Shown: positions 30,983 to 40,947 of the stretch, piece after piece | How positions within the stretch are numbered: position 1 is the first letter of the stretch | Layout of the letters: each line of letters opens with the position of its first letter | Origin: Halodesulfurarchaeum sp. | Lineage (GTDB): Archaea; Halobacteriota; Halobacteria; Halobacteriales; Halobacteriaceae | Direction: 5' to 3' | Length of the DNA stretch: 64,000 bases | NCBI GenBank assembly: GCA_034520565.1 | Contig: JAXHNL010000002.1 | Coordinates: 1,088,001-1,152,000 of the forward strand | Notes under the pieces: generated by a model | Seen by the model: only the letters and a program-made list of their open reading frames with translations | Databases searched by the model: none | What the model was told of the DNA's origin: nothing | Program-made: the position numbers and the translations under genes

Positions 30983-30996
30983 TTTCAATATTGATA
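30983..30996. promoter_or_regulatory. TATCA-N4-TGATA-like palindrome upstream of the htr gene
   Basis: TTTCA-atat-TGATA, about 55 nt upstream of the transducer start codon. Confidence 0.5.
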
Positions 30997-31000
30997 ACTC

Positions 31001-31406
31001 CTGGGACCGATTCGAACGGGTTATGCTGTGACTGTCGCGCAGTTACTCGCAAGCGTCTCGCTTGATTCGCGGTTTCACCGCTCATCTTTTCCGAGACGCT
31101 TAACCCGCGAGCGTCTCGCTGCTCACGGGACCGGATTCGAACCGGAGGAAATCTCCCTTCGGTCATTTCCAGGGCTCGAATCCGGTGACGATTTACGATC
31201 GCGATCTCATCGCAGCGACACAGCAAGCTGGTCGCTGCGAAGTGAGAGTCGCTGAAAATGCGTGGGACCGGATTCGAACTTCTGTCACTTCGCTCCCGGT
31301 GGTCGCTTCGTTCCAACGTTCGAATCCGGTGACCGCATCCACACCGTCCATCACACGTCTCGCCCCACAGCAAGCTGGGGGCTCGACGGTGTGAGTGAAA
31401 GCGGAA
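31001..31406 (-). repeat. Three modules, each carrying a copy of the tRNA-Leu 3' end (att-like) plus hairpins
   Basis: GGGACCGGATTCGAAC copies at 31259-31279, 31127-31145 and 31002-31017 (1-nt deletion). Confidence 0.8.
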
Positions 31407-31491
<85 letters not shown>

Positions 31492-31577
31492 GAAACGGAC
31501 GCAGCCGAGGATTGCCACCCGCCAAGTAAAAGCCCTTCTATTCGCCCGCTTTTGGGGTAAAATCTCCCGGCCGTCTC

Positions 31578-33023
31578 CTACTCGAGGACCGGGGCCGTGA
31601 CGTCCCGATCGGTGTCCTCGCCCTCGATGTCGTAGGGGTACTCGCCCGTGACACAGCCCATGCAAAGGTCCTCCCGCTCGGTGTCGATGGCTGCTGCAAC
31701 GGCATCGGGTGAGAGGTAGGCCAGACTGTCGGCGCCGATGGCCTCCTCGACCGCCTCGACGTCCTGGCCCGCGGCGATCAACTCCTCGCGTGAGGCCATG
31801 TCGATGCCCATGTAACACGGCGCGGTGATCGGCGGCGCGCCGATTCGGACGTGGACGGACTCCGCACCTGCCTCCCGGAGGAGGTCCACGAGCTGGCGCG
31901 AGGTGGTTCCCCGAACGATGCTGTCGTCGATGAGCGTCACGGTGCGGTTCTCGACCGTGCTCCGGATCGGATTGAGCTTGAGCCTGACCGCGCGCTCGCG
32001 AGCCTCCTGGGTCGGCATGATGAATGTGCGACCCACGTAGCGGTTCTTCATCAGCCCCTCCGCGAACTCGACGTCCTCGGCGGCCTCCTGGTAGCCCGAC
32101 GCGAACGCCCGGCCGGAGTCCGGGACGGGCATCACCACGTCCGTCTCGACGCCGGATTCCTCCCAGAGCTTCCGGCCGAGTTCCCGGCGGGTTTCATAGA
32201 CCAACTCGCCGTCGATGACCGAGTCGGGCCGGGCGAAGTACACGTACTCGAAAAAGCAGTTGGCCGTCCGTTCGGGAGTCACCAGCTGATACGCGTCGAA
32301 GTCGGTACCGTCCTCGCTGAGGACGACCAGTTCGCCAGGCTTGACGTCCCTGACGATTTCCCCGCCCAGCGTGTCGATGGCCGCGCTCTCGCTCGCGAGC
32401 ACGTAGCCCCGGTCGATCTTCCCGATGATGAGCGGTCGGTTGCCCTCGGGATCTCGAATGCCCATGACGGTGTCGTCATGCATGACCGTGAGGGCGTAGG
32501 ACCCGTGGAGGCGCTCCATCGTCGCCTTGACCGCCCGGACGAGATCGGATTCCAGGAGGTTCCGGGCCAGTTCGTGGGCGATGACCTCCGTGTCGCCGTC
32601 GGAACTGAACGCGTGGCCCTTCTCGGCGAGTTTCGAGCGCAATTCGGCGGTGTTCACGAGGTTTCCGTTGTGACTCAGCGCGAGCGACCCCGCCTCGAAG
32701 GAGACCGTAAACGGCTGGGCGTTCGACTCGTCGACGCTGCCGGCGGTGGGATAGCGGACGTGGCCGATCCCGTTGTGGCCGTGCAACTGATCGACGTCGG
32801 CCTGGGTGAAGGCCTCGCCCACCAGCCCCATGCCGACGTGTTCGTGCTGCTGGAACCCGTCGTGGGTGACGATCCCGGCCGATTCCTGGCCGCGATGCTG
32901 GAGCGCGTAGAGTGCATAGTAGGACGGGAGCGCAGCCTCGCGGTCCTCGAGACTCACCCCGATGACGCCACATTTCTCGGTTGGGCCGCCCAGTTGGGAT
33001 CCGGTGGCCCGGCCGGATGACAT
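31578..33023 (-). CDS. purF: Amidophosphoribosyltransferase
   Basis: EKCG, LQHRGQESAG, GHVRY.T.G, HNGNL, VPDSG, DDSIVRGTT. Confidence 0.96.
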   Translation of the reverse strand: MSSGRATGSQLGGPTEKCGVIGVSLEDREAALPSYYALYALQHRGQESAGIVTHDGFQQHEHVGMGLVGEAFTQADVDQLHGHNGIGHVRYPTAGSVDESNAQPFTVSFEAGSLALSHNGNLVNTAELRSKLAEKGHAFSSDGDTEVIAHELARNLLESDLVRAVKATMERLHGSYALTVMHDDTVMGIRDPEGNRPLIIGKIDRGYVLASESAAIDTLGGEIVRDVKPGELVVLSEDGTDFDAYQLVTPERTANCFFEYVYFARPDSVIDGELVYETRRELGRKLWEESGVETDVVMPVPDSGRAFASGYQEAAEDVEFAEGLMKNRYVGRTFIMPTQEARERAVRLKLNPIRSTVENRTVTLIDDSIVRGTTSRQLVDLLREAGAESVHVRIGAPPITAPCYMGIDMASREELIAAGQDVEAVEEAIGADSLAYLSPDAVAAAIDTEREDLCMGCVTGEYPYDIEGEDTDRDVTAPVLE

Positions 33024-33199
33024 ACGCCTTGATTACCGGAGGGTCCCTAAAAACGCACCGGGAACGTGCTTGTTTCCGCCGCTTCTCTACGGAATGTATC
33101 CATAAACGTGCACATTGTGTCGGATTCCGGCGGTGTGGCTGTGGCTCGGGGGAACGGAACGTGAGATCGAAAAACGACGCGATTTCGAAACCGAGTCGG

Positions 33200-33373
33200 T
33201 TATTCGCCGGCCTTTTCCTGCCAGGCGTAATCCCGGCGCTTGGCGGACTTTCCGAAGCCACAGCTCGAACAGACGCCCTTTTTCACGTGGTAGGACTTCT
33301 CGCCACATCGTCGACACTTCACGTGGGTTTTGGTGTTCTTTTTGCCCTGGCTCGGCGTTCCGGATCCAGTCAT
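33200..33373 (-). CDS. rpl37e: 50S ribosomal protein L37e (57 aa, absent from the ORF track)
   Basis: Manual translation: [57 protein letters not shown]. Confidence 0.95.
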   Translation of the reverse strand: MTGSGTPSQGKKNTKTHVKCRRCGEKSYHVKKGVCSSCGFGKSAKRRDYAWQEKAGE

Positions 33374-33555
33374 ATCTCTATGGAGACGACGTTATCGCCG
33401 CGTATAACGGTTGTGTCTTCCTCCCCGTTCAGGACGAGATTCATGTGCTGATCATAGCCCTCGAGGACGCCGCTCACCGTCTCACCACCCTTCAGCGAGA
33501 CTGTCACCGACTCGTCGAGAGTCGCCTCGAGAACGTCGAGAGGTCGCCCGCTCAT
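33370..33555 (-). CDS. lsm: Sm-like archaeal protein (Lsm/SmAP1)
   Basis: [23 protein letters not shown]; canonical lsm-rpl37e overlap. Confidence 0.95.
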   Translation of the reverse strand: MSGRPLDVLEATLDESVTVSLKGGETVSGVLEGYDQHMNLVLNGEEDTTVIRGDNVVSIEI

Positions 33556-33635
33556 ACCCTCGCAAACGCCTTCTGGCGCATAAACGCACCGGAACGAACT
33601 GAAACGACACTCTCTCCCGGCAGGCTTCGACTCGG

Positions 33636-34700
33636 CTACAGCGATATTTCGAAGTCTGTCCGTCCCGCCGCCTGCGCCGCCGTTTCCACGGCGACAGCAG
33701 CGGCCACGTCGAGGTCTTCGAGGTCGATTACCTCGACCGGCGTGTGCATGTAGCGGTTCGGGATGCCAAGGTTGAGGCTGGGGGTGCCCCCGCGCTGGGT
33801 GTAAAACGCGTCCGCGTCGGTGCCGGTCCGGCGTCCCGACGCTGCGAGTTGGATGGACAGGTCGGCTGCCTCGGCCGCGTCTCGAACGGCTGTGACGACT
33901 TCCGGGTGGTTCGCCGTGCCTCGACCCACTACCGGACCGTCACCGAGGGCCACGTCGTTCGCCTGCTCCTCCGGATACGCCGGATTATCTGAAGCGTGAG
34001 TCACGTCGACGGCGATCACGGCGTCGGCGTCGATTTCGGTGCCGACCATTTCCGCGCCCTTCAGCCCGACCTCCTCTTGAACCGTCGCGATGGCGTGTAC
34101 CGTGACGTCGATGTCCCGTTCGACCGCCCGGCGCAGGGTTTCTGCGGCGACCCAGGTGCCCGCGCGGTTGTCGATCCCGCGAGCCGTGATTCGACTTCCG
34201 GCGAGGTCCTGCAGCCCGACAGCCGGGATCGCCGGGTCACCGACCTCGACGAGTTTGCTGGCTGCCTCCTCGTCTTCTGCGCCGATGTCCACGTGCTGGG
34301 CGGCGATTTCGGGGGTCTCCTCGTTCACGCCTCGATCCCGCAGGTGGATCGCTGTCTGGGCAATGACGCCGTTGACGGGTCCGTCGGTGGTCTGGATCTC
34401 GATCGGGGTTCCTCGCGAGACGGTCGGGTCCGAACCGCCGACCGGAACGATTCGAAGAAACCCCTCCTCCGTAATCGAGGAGATGGCATACCCGATTTCG
34501 TCGGCGTGGCCCGTTACCGCGATCGAGAGGTCCGAACGCCCCTCGTGTGTGGCGACGGCGTTTCCGTACGCGTCGGTTTCGACCCGGTCAGCGAAGGCGG
34601 AGACTTCCTGGACCCACGCCTGGAGGGCCGGGGTTTCGTACCCGGATGGACTCGGGGTATCGAGCAACGTTTCGAGGAATTGGCGACGGTCGCTGTCCAT
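33636..34700 (-). CDS. M42-family aminopeptidase
   Basis: SPSGYE, HADEIG, DNRAG, QEEVG, DVTH, GTDAD, RYMHTPVE. Confidence 0.92.
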   Translation of the reverse strand: MDSDRRQFLETLLDTPSPSGYETPALQAWVQEVSAFADRVETDAYGNAVATHEGRSDLSIAVTGHADEIGYAISSITEEGFLRIVPVGGSDPTVSRGTPIEIQTTDGPVNGVIAQTAIHLRDRGVNEETPEIAAQHVDIGAEDEEAASKLVEVGDPAIPAVGLQDLAGSRITARGIDNRAGTWVAAETLRRAVERDIDVTVHAIATVQEEVGLKGAEMVGTEIDADAVIAVDVTHASDNPAYPEEQANDVALGDGPVVGRGTANHPEVVTAVRDAAEAADLSIQLAASGRRTGTDADAFYTQRGGTPSLNLGIPNRYMHTPVEVIDLEDLDVAAAVAVETAAQAAGRTDFEISL

Positions 34701-34795
34701 ACCTCGAATCGATTCCGGAGGGATTTCAAACGCCCGGTCACCCTCGATCCCGGCCGGGAGGAAAGGCTATCCTCCCACGGCGCCGAGACGAACGT

Positions 34796-35041
34796 ATGGG
34801 ACTCATCGAATTCCACGTGGATCGAATCGAGGTCCGGACCGTTCCGAAATTCGTCCTCTTCGGCGGCAGAGACGGGCCAGATCGGGACGAATCGACCGGC
34901 TCGGACGCCGCCGGGGGAGGGCGAAACCTCCCGGTAACACCTGCCCAGATCGTCGCAGTTTCGGTCGGCGCAACGCTGCTCGCCTTCGCGCTCGCCCGGC
35001 TCAAGGGTCTCGTCGACGAGAAACTCTCCCTGCACTGTTGA
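34796..35041 (+). CDS. Small C-terminally anchored membrane protein
   Basis: MGLIEFHVDRIEV...flexible linker...IVAVSVGATLLAFALARL; fills the intergenic gap. Confidence 0.5.
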   Translation: MGLIEFHVDRIEVRTVPKFVLFGGRDGPDRDESTGSDAAGGGRNLPVTPAQIVAVSVGATLLAFALARLKGLVDEKLSLHC

Positions 35042-35045
35042 GTGC

Positions 35046-35651
35046 CTACTCGGCGCGTAGCACGACCGAAACGTATCGATCGAGTTCCTCGCGAATCGGT
35101 GGGGACAGGTCCGACTCCGTCGTCGCCAGTTGGCTCATGCCACCCGAGAGCGCCGCGACGAGGAACGCGGCTACCTGCTCGACATCGACGTCACGGAAGA
35201 CCCCCTGCCCGATGCCCGTCTCGATGGTCTCGACGACAGTCTCTCGAAGGACCCGGTCGTGATCCGTGAAGTGTTTCCTGAACCGTTCGTCGTGGGCGGC
35301 CTGGGCGCGGAGCTCCGTCATTGCCCGCGTGAACTTGAGCCCCTCGTCCCAGGTTTCGGGCTCGAGGGACCCTTCGATGATCTTCTCGAGGCGTTTTTCC
35401 GGCGGTTCTTTACCGTCTTCGGGAATCGACCGCTGGAACTCCTCGAGCATGAAGCCGAGGAAATCGAGCAGTAACTCGTCTTTGCTGTCGTAGTGGTGAT
35501 AGAGCAGGGACTTGCTCTTCTCGAAGTCCTCGGCGATCCGTGCGATGGTTAGCCCCGCATAGCCGTGCTCGCAGAGCGCGAAATACGTGGCCTGCATGAT
35601 GGACTCCCGGGTGTCCGCGGGCTCCGCGAGGAACGAGAACGTATCGGTCAT
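35046..35651 (-). CDS. TetR/AcrR-family transcriptional regulator
   Basis: IMQATY.AL.EHGYAGLTI..IA..F.KSKSLLYHHYDSKDEL. Confidence 0.92.
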   Translation of the reverse strand: MTDTFSFLAEPADTRESIMQATYFALCEHGYAGLTIARIAEDFEKSKSLLYHHYDSKDELLLDFLGFMLEEFQRSIPEDGKEPPEKRLEKIIEGSLEPETWDEGLKFTRAMTELRAQAAHDERFRKHFTDHDRVLRETVVETIETGIGQGVFRDVDVEQVAAFLVAALSGGMSQLATTESDLSPPIREELDRYVSVVLRAE

Positions 35652-35760
35652 TGATACCAGACTAGTCCGTGGCTGCGTATAGTGGTATTGATTGACGGGA
35701 CCGACCGAGTGGACGGCTGGTGGCCGGAAGGACTTCCTTGCTTGCCCCAGTAACGATCCC

Positions 35761-36717
35761 ATGGACCCACTGGGTGGCGCCCGGGCGGTCGCCGGCGCGG
35801 ATGGGACAGGCGGCGTCGATTGGCCTGCCGCCCGGAAGGCTGCCCGGTCGCTGACCCGACCGGGTGACCTCGACCTCGACACGGCTGCCAGAGAGGCCTA
35901 CGCCGCCGACATCCGCGACGCCCGGACCGAAATCCAGGCCGAAGCGGGCGTCGAGTTCGACCTGCCGCCGACTGTCGAGGTGCAAAACCGCCGCCACTGG
36001 ACCGACGCGACGCTTTCCACGCTCGAATCTGCATTCGAACCGTTCGCGAACGAAGCCGGTCGATTTCCCGCACTCACGGTACCGCTCAACACCGCCTCGA
36101 TCGCCGGGTCGGTGGCGTATCTCTCGCGACGGGTGATGGGCCAGTACGATCCACGGTTGTTCGACGAAAACCGCTCTCACGGCCTTTATATCGTCCACCC
36201 AAACGTCGTCTCTGGCGCAACCGAACTCGGGGTTGACCCCGGTCGCTTTCGCCGCTGGATCGCGTTTCACGAGGTCGCCCACGCGGCGGAATTCGGGATG
36301 GCCCCCTGGTTGCGGGACTATCTCGCAGAACGGGTACTGGCCGTCATTTCCACCCTCTCGACGGGGTCGATTCCCCGGCGGGAATACGGGGAACTGAACC
36401 GGGCGATGACCGCGGTCGAGGGGTATGCCGAACTCCTCATGGACGCGGCCTTCGACGACGAAACGGCCGATCTCCGCCGGAAACTCGACGAGCGCCGATC
36501 GGGCGGCGGCCCCCTCTCGAAGCTCATCGCCCGGGTGCTCGGGCTCGATATCAAACGCGCCCAGTACGAGCGCGGGAGCGCGTTTTTTGAGGCTATCGTC
36601 GCAGAACGGGGCTTGCAGGCCGCTGGCCATGTTTGGACCGATCCGACACGGCTGCCCAGAGAGGCCGAACTCGAATCGCCCGAGCGATGGCTCGAGCGGG
36701 TCCCGCCAGGGGCCTGA
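35761..36717 (+). CDS. Zincin-like metalloprotease (DUF2342/F420-associated hydrolase family)
   Basis: GQYDP, WIAFHEVAHAAEF, MTAVEGYAE, K..QYE.G..F. Confidence 0.85.
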   Translation: MDPLGGARAVAGADGTGGVDWPAARKAARSLTRPGDLDLDTAAREAYAADIRDARTEIQAEAGVEFDLPPTVEVQNRRHWTDATLSTLESAFEPFANEAGRFPALTVPLNTASIAGSVAYLSRRVMGQYDPRLFDENRSHGLYIVHPNVVSGATELGVDPGRFRRWIAFHEVAHAAEFGMAPWLRDYLAERVLAVISTLSTGSIPRREYGELNRAMTAVEGYAELLMDAAFDDETADLRRKLDERRSGGGPLSKLIARVLGLDIKRAQYERGSAFFEAIVAERGLQAAGHVWTDPTRLPREAELESPERWLERVPPGA

Positions 36718-36799
36718 CCGGGGAACGGGGTTTGCCAGACAGGGGCCTGACCGGGGAACGGGGTTTGCCAGACAGGGGCCTGACCGGGGAACGGGGTTT
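36707..36799 (+). repeat. 33-bp tandem repeat, about 2.8 copies, rich in G tracts
   Basis: CAGGGGCCTGACCGGGGAACGGGGTTTGCCAGA at 36707-36739 and 36740-36772, partial copy at 36773-36799. Confidence 0.92.
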
Positions 36800-36868
36800 C
36801 TCCGAGACCGGGGCCAACCGTTTTTCCGGAGCGACATCGTTTTCGGCCCGGATCCCATCCTCCCGGTC

Positions 36869-39487
36869 GTGAACCGTCGGGGCGCGGTCCGGAACGTCGG
36901 CGAGATCCGAACCGAATCCACCGGATCCGGTGACCGGGACGTGGCGACGATCCAGTTGCAGGTGGACGACGGTCCGGTTTCGCTCTCCCTGTGGGACGAC
37001 TGGGCCGAAACGGCCCGGATTCTCGAACCCGGGATGGAACTGTTCGCATCCGATCTCGATTCCGGGTCGAACGGGTTGGCGACAACCGCCGACTCGAAGG
37101 TCGTCGTGGAACCCGACTTCCTCGTCGACGTCACGGACATCCGGTCCTGGGTGCAGTGTCCCCGCCTCTATTATCTCAACAAGATCGGCGGGCTTCCGCT
37201 CGAGTATCCGGTCACGAAAGGGACGATCGTCCACGAGGTCTTCGGGGACCTCCTGCGGGGCGTCGATCTCGATTCGGCCGTCGAGAAGCGCGTCTCCGGG
37301 GCTGCCCTGGAATTGGGACTCCTCGGCCGCGATCGTGAGTCGGTCACCGCGGAGGTCAAGACGAATGCGCGAGCGATCGAAGCCTGGCTCGAACAGGGAC
37401 GGCTCGCGGCGGACGACTGGCGATCCGAGGTCACGTTGCTCAGTGACACCTACGGGATCAAGGGCCGCTGTGACGCGATCCGCCGGGGCACCCCGGTCGA
37501 ACTCAAGACCGGGAAGAATACGAGCCGGAGCCCTCGCTTTCAGGACAAGATCCAGGCCGCTGCGTACGCCCTCCTGCTCGAAGAGCAAGGAGTCGAGGTA
37601 GACACGGGAACGCTGCTCTACACGAAAAACGCCGCCCTCGAAGAGGAAGCGGGGGATCTCTCGCCGGCCAAGGACTTCTCGATCGGCGACGGGCTCACGG
37701 ACTTCGTGCTCGGAAGCCGGAACGAGATCGCCGCCATGGAGTTCGACTCCTCGGTCCCGACGGGCTTCGAGGGCGACGCAACTTGCCAGTACTGCTTCGA
37801 GCAGGACACCTGCCTCGTCGTCTCCGGTCGGCTCGACCAGCGTTCCAAGGCCGGGTCGATCGGTGACCCGCTTCCGGACACGGACCGAGCGTACTTCGAG
37901 GACCAGTACCTCGCCATCGAAACCGAGCGGCGGGCCATTCACCGCGAATACGCCAAACTCTGGGAGCAGACCCCGGAAGAACGTGCCGCGGCGGATCGGG
38001 CACTTGTCGATCTCGAACCGACCGGACGTGAGCACCTTTCGAGTGGCCGCTGGCAACTCGGTGCGAAGCGACCGGCCGACGCCGTCTCGAAGATCCGGGA
38101 GGGGGCACGCGTGCTGGCGAGCGATGGCGACCCGATCGACGGCCACTCGGAACTCGCCGTCGTGGAGTCACTGGGTCCGGAGGTCGTCGTATCGGTCGAC
38201 GAACCTCTCGAACTCCGACGGCTCGATATCTACCCCTCGGAGTTCTCCGTCGACCGGATGTTAACTGCCCTCCACGATGGTCTCCTCAAGGGACCGAGTC
38301 GCCGCCGGGACCTCCTGTTCGGACGCGATGAACCCGCGTTCGACGAACCGGATCGCGATATCATTCCCAACAACCCGGCCCAGAACCGCGCGATCAACCG
38401 GGCGCTCGGTGCCGAGGACCTCGCGCTCATCCACGGGCCACCTGGCACCGGGAAGACCTACACCATCGCCACCCTCCTCACGGAACTGGTCGAACGCGGG
38501 AACCGTGTTCTGCTCGCGGGGTTCACCAACCGGGCGGTCGACAACGCGCTCGAAGCGCTACTCGATCAGGGGTTCTCGGACGTCGTTCGGATGGGGACCC
38601 CTACGGGGGTGCGCGAAGACATGGCCCATCTCCGACTCGAGACCGACGGTGACCCACGGGACCGCGCTGCAGCACTCGAATCGGCGCCGGTCGTGGCCGC
38701 CACCACGTCGACCTGTGGGTCACGGGTGATGCGCTCCCAGTCGTTCGACGTGGTGGTCGTCGACGAGGCCAGCCAGCTGACAGAGCCGGACACCCTGGCC
38801 GCGATCAACCGGGGCGATCGCTTCGTGCTCGTGGGCGATCACCGCCAACTTCCGCCGGTCGTTCAGTCAGCGGCCGATCTCGAAACGTCGCTGTTCGAGC
38901 GGCTCATCGACCGGTATCCGGATGCGGCGGTGATGCTCGATCGACAGTATCGAATGAGCCAGCGCATTCAGGCGTTTACCTCCCGCGAGTTCTACGACGG
39001 CGAACTTCGGCCGGCGACGGCCGCGGTTGCCGGGCAATCGATCACTGATCTCGGACTCGATCCCAGTCGAACCGACGTGTACGATGGCGTCTCGTTCGTC
39101 CCGGTCGAGGGTACCGACTCGGCTCACACTGACGAACGGGAGGCCCAACGCGTCGCGGAGATTGTCGACGGATACCTCAAAGCGGGGGCAGACCCGACGG
39201 ACCTGGGGGTGATCGCCCCGTTCCGGGCCCAGGTATCGACAATTGCACCGCTCGTTCCCGAAGGGGTTACCGTCGACACCGTCGACCGGTTCCAGGGCTC
39301 GAGCACGGAGATATTGCTGGTTTCGTTCGTCGCTTCCGGGAGCCTGGACGGTCCGCTCTTCGAGGACGAACGACGGATGAACGTCGCGCTGACGCGGGCG
39401 AAGAAGGCCCTCGTCCTCGTGGGCGACCCGACTGCGCTCACGAGTCGGGACCGGTACGCCCGGATGCTGGAGTGGGCTCAACGGTGA
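36869..39487 (+). CDS. dna2: Dna2-like nuclease-helicase (OB fold, Cas4-like PD-(D/E)xK Fe-S nuclease, SF1 helicase)
   Basis: W.QCPR, G.IVHEVF, KGRCDA, ELKTG, CQYC-x5-C; [42 protein letters not shown]. Confidence 0.88.
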   Translation: MNRRGAVRNVGEIRTESTGSGDRDVATIQLQVDDGPVSLSLWDDWAETARILEPGMELFASDLDSGSNGLATTADSKVVVEPDFLVDVTDIRSWVQCPRLYYLNKIGGLPLEYPVTKGTIVHEVFGDLLRGVDLDSAVEKRVSGAALELGLLGRDRESVTAEVKTNARAIEAWLEQGRLAADDWRSEVTLLSDTYGIKGRCDAIRRGTPVELKTGKNTSRSPRFQDKIQAAAYALLLEEQGVEVDTGTLLYTKNAALEEEAGDLSPAKDFSIGDGLTDFVLGSRNEIAAMEFDSSVPTGFEGDATCQYCFEQDTCLVVSGRLDQRSKAGSIGDPLPDTDRAYFEDQYLAIETERRAIHREYAKLWEQTPEERAAADRALVDLEPTGREHLSSGRWQLGAKRPADAVSKIREGARVLASDGDPIDGHSELAVVESLGPEVVVSVDEPLELRRLDIYPSEFSVDRMLTALHDGLLKGPSRRRDLLFGRDEPAFDEPDRDIIPNNPAQNRAINRALGAEDLALIHGPPGTGKTYTIATLLTELVERGNRVLLAGFTNRAVDNALEALLDQGFSDVVRMGTPTGVREDMAHLRLETDGDPRDRAAALESAPVVAATTSTCGSRVMRSQSFDVVVVDEASQLTEPDTLAAINRGDRFVLVGDHRQLPPVVQSAADLETSLFERLIDRYPDAAVMLDRQYRMSQRIQAFTSREFYDGELRPATAAVAGQSITDLGLDPSRTDVYDGVSFVPVEGTDSAHTDEREAQRVAEIVDGYLKAGADPTDLGVIAPFRAQVSTIAPLVPEGVTVDTVDRFQGSSTEILLVSFVASGSLDGPLFEDERRMNVALTRAKKALVLVGDPTALTSRDRYARMLEWAQR

Positions 39488-39939
39488 GTCGATGGAAGGG
39501 GATCGAATTCCAGCCCGCGAGATACCAGCCAAACAGGAGCGGCGCCACGAGAAGCGTGAGCGGGACGGCGATCCAGACCTGGCCGGCGAGGACGTTGTAC
39601 TGCCCGAGGGTTACTGACACCGGCGTCCCCTCGGCCCAACCGACGAGGAACTCGAAGCCCACCGTCATGCCGACCCAGGCCGCACCGATGACCAGCAGTT
39701 GGATCTGGCCGTACTCGACCGGAACCGTCCGGAAAAACAGGGCGGAAACGACGAGAATCGCGAACACGAGGAGTCCCGTGCTGAGCGCGTGACCTGGGTA
39801 GGACCCGATGCGGGGAATGAGCACGACTTCCCTGGAACCCGCCATTGAGCACCGCCAGTACCGCCATGAGAAGCCAGGCTCCGAGGGGATAGAGGAGTGC
39901 CGCAAGCCCGCTCGATTGTGCGCCGATCGTCGAAGACAT
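39438..39939 (-). CDS. Hypothetical membrane protein; frameshift near 39833, 3' end uncertain
   Basis: MSST...AWLLMAVLAVLNGGF joins REVVLIPRIG...W..MTVGFEFLVG...QYNVLAGQVW in the adjacent frame. Confidence 0.6.
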
Positions 39940-40048
39940 CGTCTGAACCATTTCGGAATCGTGGCCGCCAGATCGCTTAAGGACATCTACATGTTCGCAA
40001 CGGGTCTGTTCTGCCGACGAATCGAGCTGCTACCGCCGACGCCGTCGA

Positions 40049-40461
40049 TCACGGAGTCGTCGAACCGGAGTGACTGGTCAATTCTGGTCGACTGCGGACG
40101 AAACCGAGGACCCCGCCCACCAGTCCGAGGATGGCGGAAAGCCCGAGTGTAACGACGGCGCCAGCGTCGAGGATCATGAGGCCGACTCCGAACGAAAGGA
40201 GGAAGGCAAGACTGAACCCGGCGGCACCCGTCGCGATTCGTCGTCGAAGTGATTCCTGAGACACCAGTCCGGCCGCCACGAACGCTGAAAGGATGACTCC
40301 CAAAAGCAATCCGGCGGGGATGCCGCGAGAAGAGCGAAAGAGCTTCGGATTCGGGGCTCGAGGATCGCGCTCACTGCGCCACCGACCAACACTGCCGTCG
40401 CGAAAAACGTGCCCGGAACGAGGACGAGCAGCCGCCAGTTCACGTGCCCTGTTCCAGTCAT
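40049..40461 (-). CDS. Hypothetical membrane protein; frameshift near 40330
   Basis: Two consecutive hydrophobic frames (40174..40461 and 40049..40309). Confidence 0.5.
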
Positions 40462-40470
40462 CGGTGGGAC

Positions 40471-40800
40471 TTACTCCTGGGTGAGATCTTCGACGGGTCG
40501 CTCCTCGATCATCGGCTCGTCCGTCGACTCCGCCGCCGTGTCGGTTTCGGGTTTAGCCCCGATCCGGAACCGGCGCCAGGCGATTACACCGGCTACCAGC
40601 CCAGTCGCGACGCCCGCGATGCCGACGACCAGACGGGTGCTCGGGCGTCGACTGGACGAGGACGGTTCGCTCACGGGACTGTGTTCGTCGTGCTCCGATC
40701 CGCCCAGATCCATGTCGGGTGGTGTGTCAGCACCGATGCTGGCCGGGCCGATCTGTGCGCCGTCGAAGTGCGGTTCGAAAAGGGTGATTTTTGAAACCAT
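40471..40800 (-). CDS. Small acidic protein with C-terminal TM helix
   Basis: MVSKITLFEPHFDGAQIGP...LVVGIAGVATGLVAGVIAWRRF. Confidence 0.7.
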   Translation of the reverse strand: MVSKITLFEPHFDGAQIGPASIGADTPPDMDLGGSEHDEHSPVSEPSSSSRRPSTRLVVGIAGVATGLVAGVIAWRRFRIGAKPETDTAAESTDEPMIEERPVEDLTQE

Positions 40801-40947
40801 ACTCGAAATAGGCGAGCAACGATTATGGGGTAGAGTATGGTTCTCGCCGGCTGAGAACGACAACGCTGGTGGGTCGGTCTCACAGCCGCAGGCGTGACCT
40901 GTCAATCGGCGACACCGACATAACCCGTCGGGTCCAACCTCCGGGTT

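Noticed and set aside
29347-31065. Long antisense or alternate-frame ORFs (also 658-2967, 13927-16023, 47905-49554, 50164-51546 and others)
   Set aside because: These are shadow ORFs of high-GC coding sequence. They are Arg/Pro/Gly- or Leu/Val-rich, lack motifs and overlap well-supported genes.
33094-33115. Imperfect palindrome ATGTATCC-N6-GTGCACAT upstream of purF as a purine-regulon operator
   Set aside because: Only 5 of 8 positions are symmetric and there is no second example in the window.
36425-36868. 148-aa N-terminal extension of Dna2 with an 11-aa repeat
   Set aside because: It overlaps the zincin gene and arises from the 33-bp DNA repeat; the OB-fold domain begins at the GTG at 36869.
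36707-39487. CRISPR array next to a Cas4-like nuclease
   Set aside because: The repeats are head-to-tail with no unique spacers, the nuclease is part of a Dna2-type fusion, and no cas1/cas2 or effector genes are present.
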